A stretch of DNA of 63,721 nt, the filler included, from Candidatus Omnitrophota bacterium (GTDB lineage Bacteria > Omnitrophota > Gorgyraeia > JAGLLT01): NCBI GenBank assembly GCA_023140385.1. It is 6 parts of 6 records of this genome, joined end to end, with 100 filler letters (N's around TTAATTAATTAA, not from the genome) between each part and the next. Parts side by side here need not be neighbours in the genome. Positions count along the whole stretch, not along the records: positions 59,379 to 63,721 come from JAGLLT010000056.1; 5 more parts are not named here. One strand, written 5' to 3'. The translations under genes and the position numbers were made by a program. Under the pieces are notes generated by a model. That model was not told the origin of the DNA. It saw only the letters and a list, made by a program, of their open reading frames with translations, and did no database searches. Within the stretch, counting starts at the first letter, position 1; each line of letters starts with the position of its first letter. Shown one piece after another: positions 61,544-63,721 of this stretch.

Positions 61544-63274
61544 ATGAAGACACCTTTCAAGATTTATTTAACAGCAATACTTATATCCTTTTTTTCCTCC
61601 TTTATTTCTAGTGATATAGCCTTTTGCCAACCCCAAGCTCCTGATTCTACAAAAGCAGGAGTAGTAGAGAAGGGTATGGAGAAGAAAGAGAAGGAACTTG
61701 AGGTTGAAAAGGATGATTATTCCGTAGAATTAGAAGCCCCAAAGCAAGAGATAGGGGTGCCCGGAGAAGAAGAAATTTTGGTCAAAGAGTTTAGATTTAA
61801 TGGAAATAAAGTTTTTAAGTCTACCTACATAAAAAATTTAACCTCTATCTACCTTAACAAAGAGTTGTCTTTAAAGCAGTTACAGGAGGCCTGTAAGGTT
61901 GTAACTGATGAGTATCATAAACAAGGTTACTTTTTAGCCAAAGCCTATCTGCCTCCTCAGGAGGTAATGGATGGGGTCGTGCATATCGAAATTATAGAGG
62001 GTCAATTGGCTAAGATACTGATTAGAAATAACAAATACTACAAAACGGATTTTATAAAAAAATTCTTTTTGCCTCTAAGAAAAAAAACGCTTAACTACGG
62101 CCGGCTTCTAAAGACCATATTTATTCTAAATGACTACCCTGATATAGATGCAAAGGTTACCTTTGTTAAAAGTAAGACAGAGGGGGCCAGCGATATTATT
62201 GTTGATGTAGAAGACAGCCTTCCCTTTCATGCCTCTCTGGGATATAATAACTGTGGCTCAAGATATGTTTCCAAACAAAGATCAAGCACGAATATTGAAT
62301 ACGGCAATTTAATTTTTGATGGAGACAAACTTTCTTTTGGCGGTGTAATGGGAAGTCCGGCCAGAACTATAAAATATGTTAATCCTGCTTATTCACTTTC
62401 CATAAATTCTTATGGTACAAGGGCGGGTTTTTCTTACACATTTGTAGAATATGATATAGGTAGAGAATTTAGGCAATTTGATATGGGTGGTAAGTCAGAA
62501 ATTTATTCTCTTAGTTTAACTCATCCTTTAGTTCGTTCAAGAACCACCGATTTTGACTTATTGGGCAGTTTTGACTATAAACAGACTGCGGATTACATAT
62601 CAGGAGAGGCCTCAAGCGATGATAGGCTGCGTATCTTAAAATTAGGAGCGAGCTTTAACCATATTGATAAATTTAAAGGAAGAACCTATGTTCAAACTAC
62701 AACATCTTTGGGAATACCCGGTTTTTTAGGCGGATTAGAGCATGATGACGCCAAGGCAAGCCGTTTGGGCGCGGGAGGAGAATTTATAAAAGTTAATCTT
62801 GATTTTAATCGTGTCCAAAAACTGCCTCTATCCTCTTATTTAATATTAAGAACCTCCGGGCAATGCTCTTCTGATGTACTATGTACCTCAGAACAGTTTA
62901 TGATTGGCGGCCCGAGCAGCGTCCGGGGATTTCCTCAAGCGCAGCACTTAGGTGATTACGGCTATAATTTGAGTGTAGAGGCGAGAACACCTGTGCCGTT
63001 TCTCTCTAATAAGAAAGTTCCTTTTATGAAAAAAGAGTGGAAGGAATTTATCCAACTGGCGGGATTTATAGACCATGGGAAGGTATTCTTAAAAAACCCT
63101 TTAGCGGGTGAAGACAAAAATAATGAGATTACAGGCGTGGGAGCAGGTATAAGGCTTTATTTTCCCGGGGATCTCAATGTACAAGTTGATTGGGGACAGC
63201 CCATAGGAAGCGAAAAACCCTCAACCGGCTCAAATTCAATCCTTTATATTAAAGCAAACATGAAATTTTTATAA
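61544..63274 (+). CDS. TpsB (ShlB/FhaC/HecB) two-partner secretion transporter
   Basis: POTRA (GYFLAKAYLPPQEV), IGGPSSVRGF, beta-barrel. Confidence 0.92.
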   Translation: MKTPFKIYLTAILISFFSSFISSDIAFCQPQAPDSTKAGVVEKGMEKKEKELEVEKDDYSVELEAPKQEIGVPGEEEILVKEFRFNGNKVFKSTYIKNLTSIYLNKELSLKQLQEACKVVTDEYHKQGYFLAKAYLPPQEVMDGVVHIEIIEGQLAKILIRNNKYYKTDFIKKFFLPLRKKTLNYGRLLKTIFILNDYPDIDAKVTFVKSKTEGASDIIVDVEDSLPFHASLGYNNCGSRYVSKQRSSTNIEYGNLIFDGDKLSFGGVMGSPARTIKYVNPAYSLSINSYGTRAGFSYTFVEYDIGREFRQFDMGGKSEIYSLSLTHPLVRSRTTDFDLLGSFDYKQTADYISGEASSDDRLRILKLGASFNHIDKFKGRTYVQTTTSLGIPGFLGGLEHDDAKASRLGAGGEFIKVNLDFNRVQKLPLSSYLILRTSGQCSSDVLCTSEQFMIGGPSSVRGFPQAQHLGDYGYNLSVEARTPVPFLSNKKVPFMKKEWKEFIQLAGFIDHGKVFLKNPLAGEDKNNEITGVGAGIRLYFPGDLNVQVDWGQPIGSEKPSTGSNSILYIKANMKFL

Positions 63275-63291
63275 TAAACGGTGCTGTAAAA

Positions 63292-63721
63292 ATGGTCAAC
63301 CTTATTATAAGAAGGATATCCGCCTTACTGATACTGACAGGATTGATATTGAACGCCGGCTACGCGCTTGCTCTTCCTGAAGGTGAAGAGGTAGTTTCAG
63401 GAAGCGCCGAATTCTCCCGCCCGGATGATAATACTGTAAATATTACCACCTCGGATAAGGCAATTATCAATTATGAAACTTTTAACATCGCCCAGCCGGA
63501 AACAGTACGCTTCATCCAGCCCTCTTCTTCTTCATCTGCCTTAAACAGAGTTGTCGGCATAAACCCCTCAGAGATCTTCGGCAGCATTCAATCTAACGGA
63601 AAGATCTTTTTAGTTAACCCTAACGGCATATTCTTCGGCCCCTCCTCGCGCGTGGATACCGGCTCTTTTTTGGCCTCCACCCTGGATATTAAAAATGAGG
63701 ATTTTCAAAATAATAAACTAA
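63292..63721 (+). CDS. TpsA filamentous-haemagglutinin-family exoprotein, N-terminus (runs off window; absent from ORF track)
   Basis: Signal peptide ending ALA-LPEG, IINYETFNI, FIQPSSSSSALNRV and FLVNPNGIFFG (TPS domain). Confidence 0.92.
   Translation, partial: MVNLIIRRISALLILTGLILNAGYALALPEGEEVVSGSAEFSRPDDNTVNITTSDKAIINYETFNIAQPETVRFIQPSSSSSALNRVVGINPSEIFGSIQSNGKIFLVNPNGIFFGPSSRVDTGSFLASTLDIKNEDFQNNKL

Overview
The window is six unordered assembly contigs (1-21424, 21525-37513, 37614-49643, 49744-54473, 54574-59278, 59379-63721) joined by N-runs with an artificial TTAATTAATTAA linker. The source is a diderm, probably anaerobic bacterium; the LpxC-FabZ fusion, LpxI, Zn-ribbon SpoVG and an SHD1-like protein suggest the PVC group, perhaps Omnitrophota (inference only). 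Most of it is housekeeping: sulfur/NAD/repair genes, translation genes, a lipid A-BAM cluster, four tRNAs and smpB-tmRNA. Accessory parts are (i) a large-serine-recombinase element at the tmRNA 3' end whose ORF finishes antisense inside the tmRNA, (ii) a nifE-nifN-nifB-ferredoxin contig, (iii) a TPR-ExbB-ExbD-TonB-like operon, and (iv) secreted GH116 and GH3 hydrolases plus a two-partner secretion pair. The most unusual signal is several families of small palindromic repeats: a 135-bp IS200/IS605-end-like element in frame within a membrane-protein gene (second copy after rpsF), 21-bp and 36-bp REP-like units in frame in two other ORFs, a 24-bp hairpin family starting exactly at the CA of tRNA CCA ends, and a MITE-like element built from 7-bp units. 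No CRISPR array, rRNA or reverse transcriptase was seen. All calls come from reading motifs; no searches were run.
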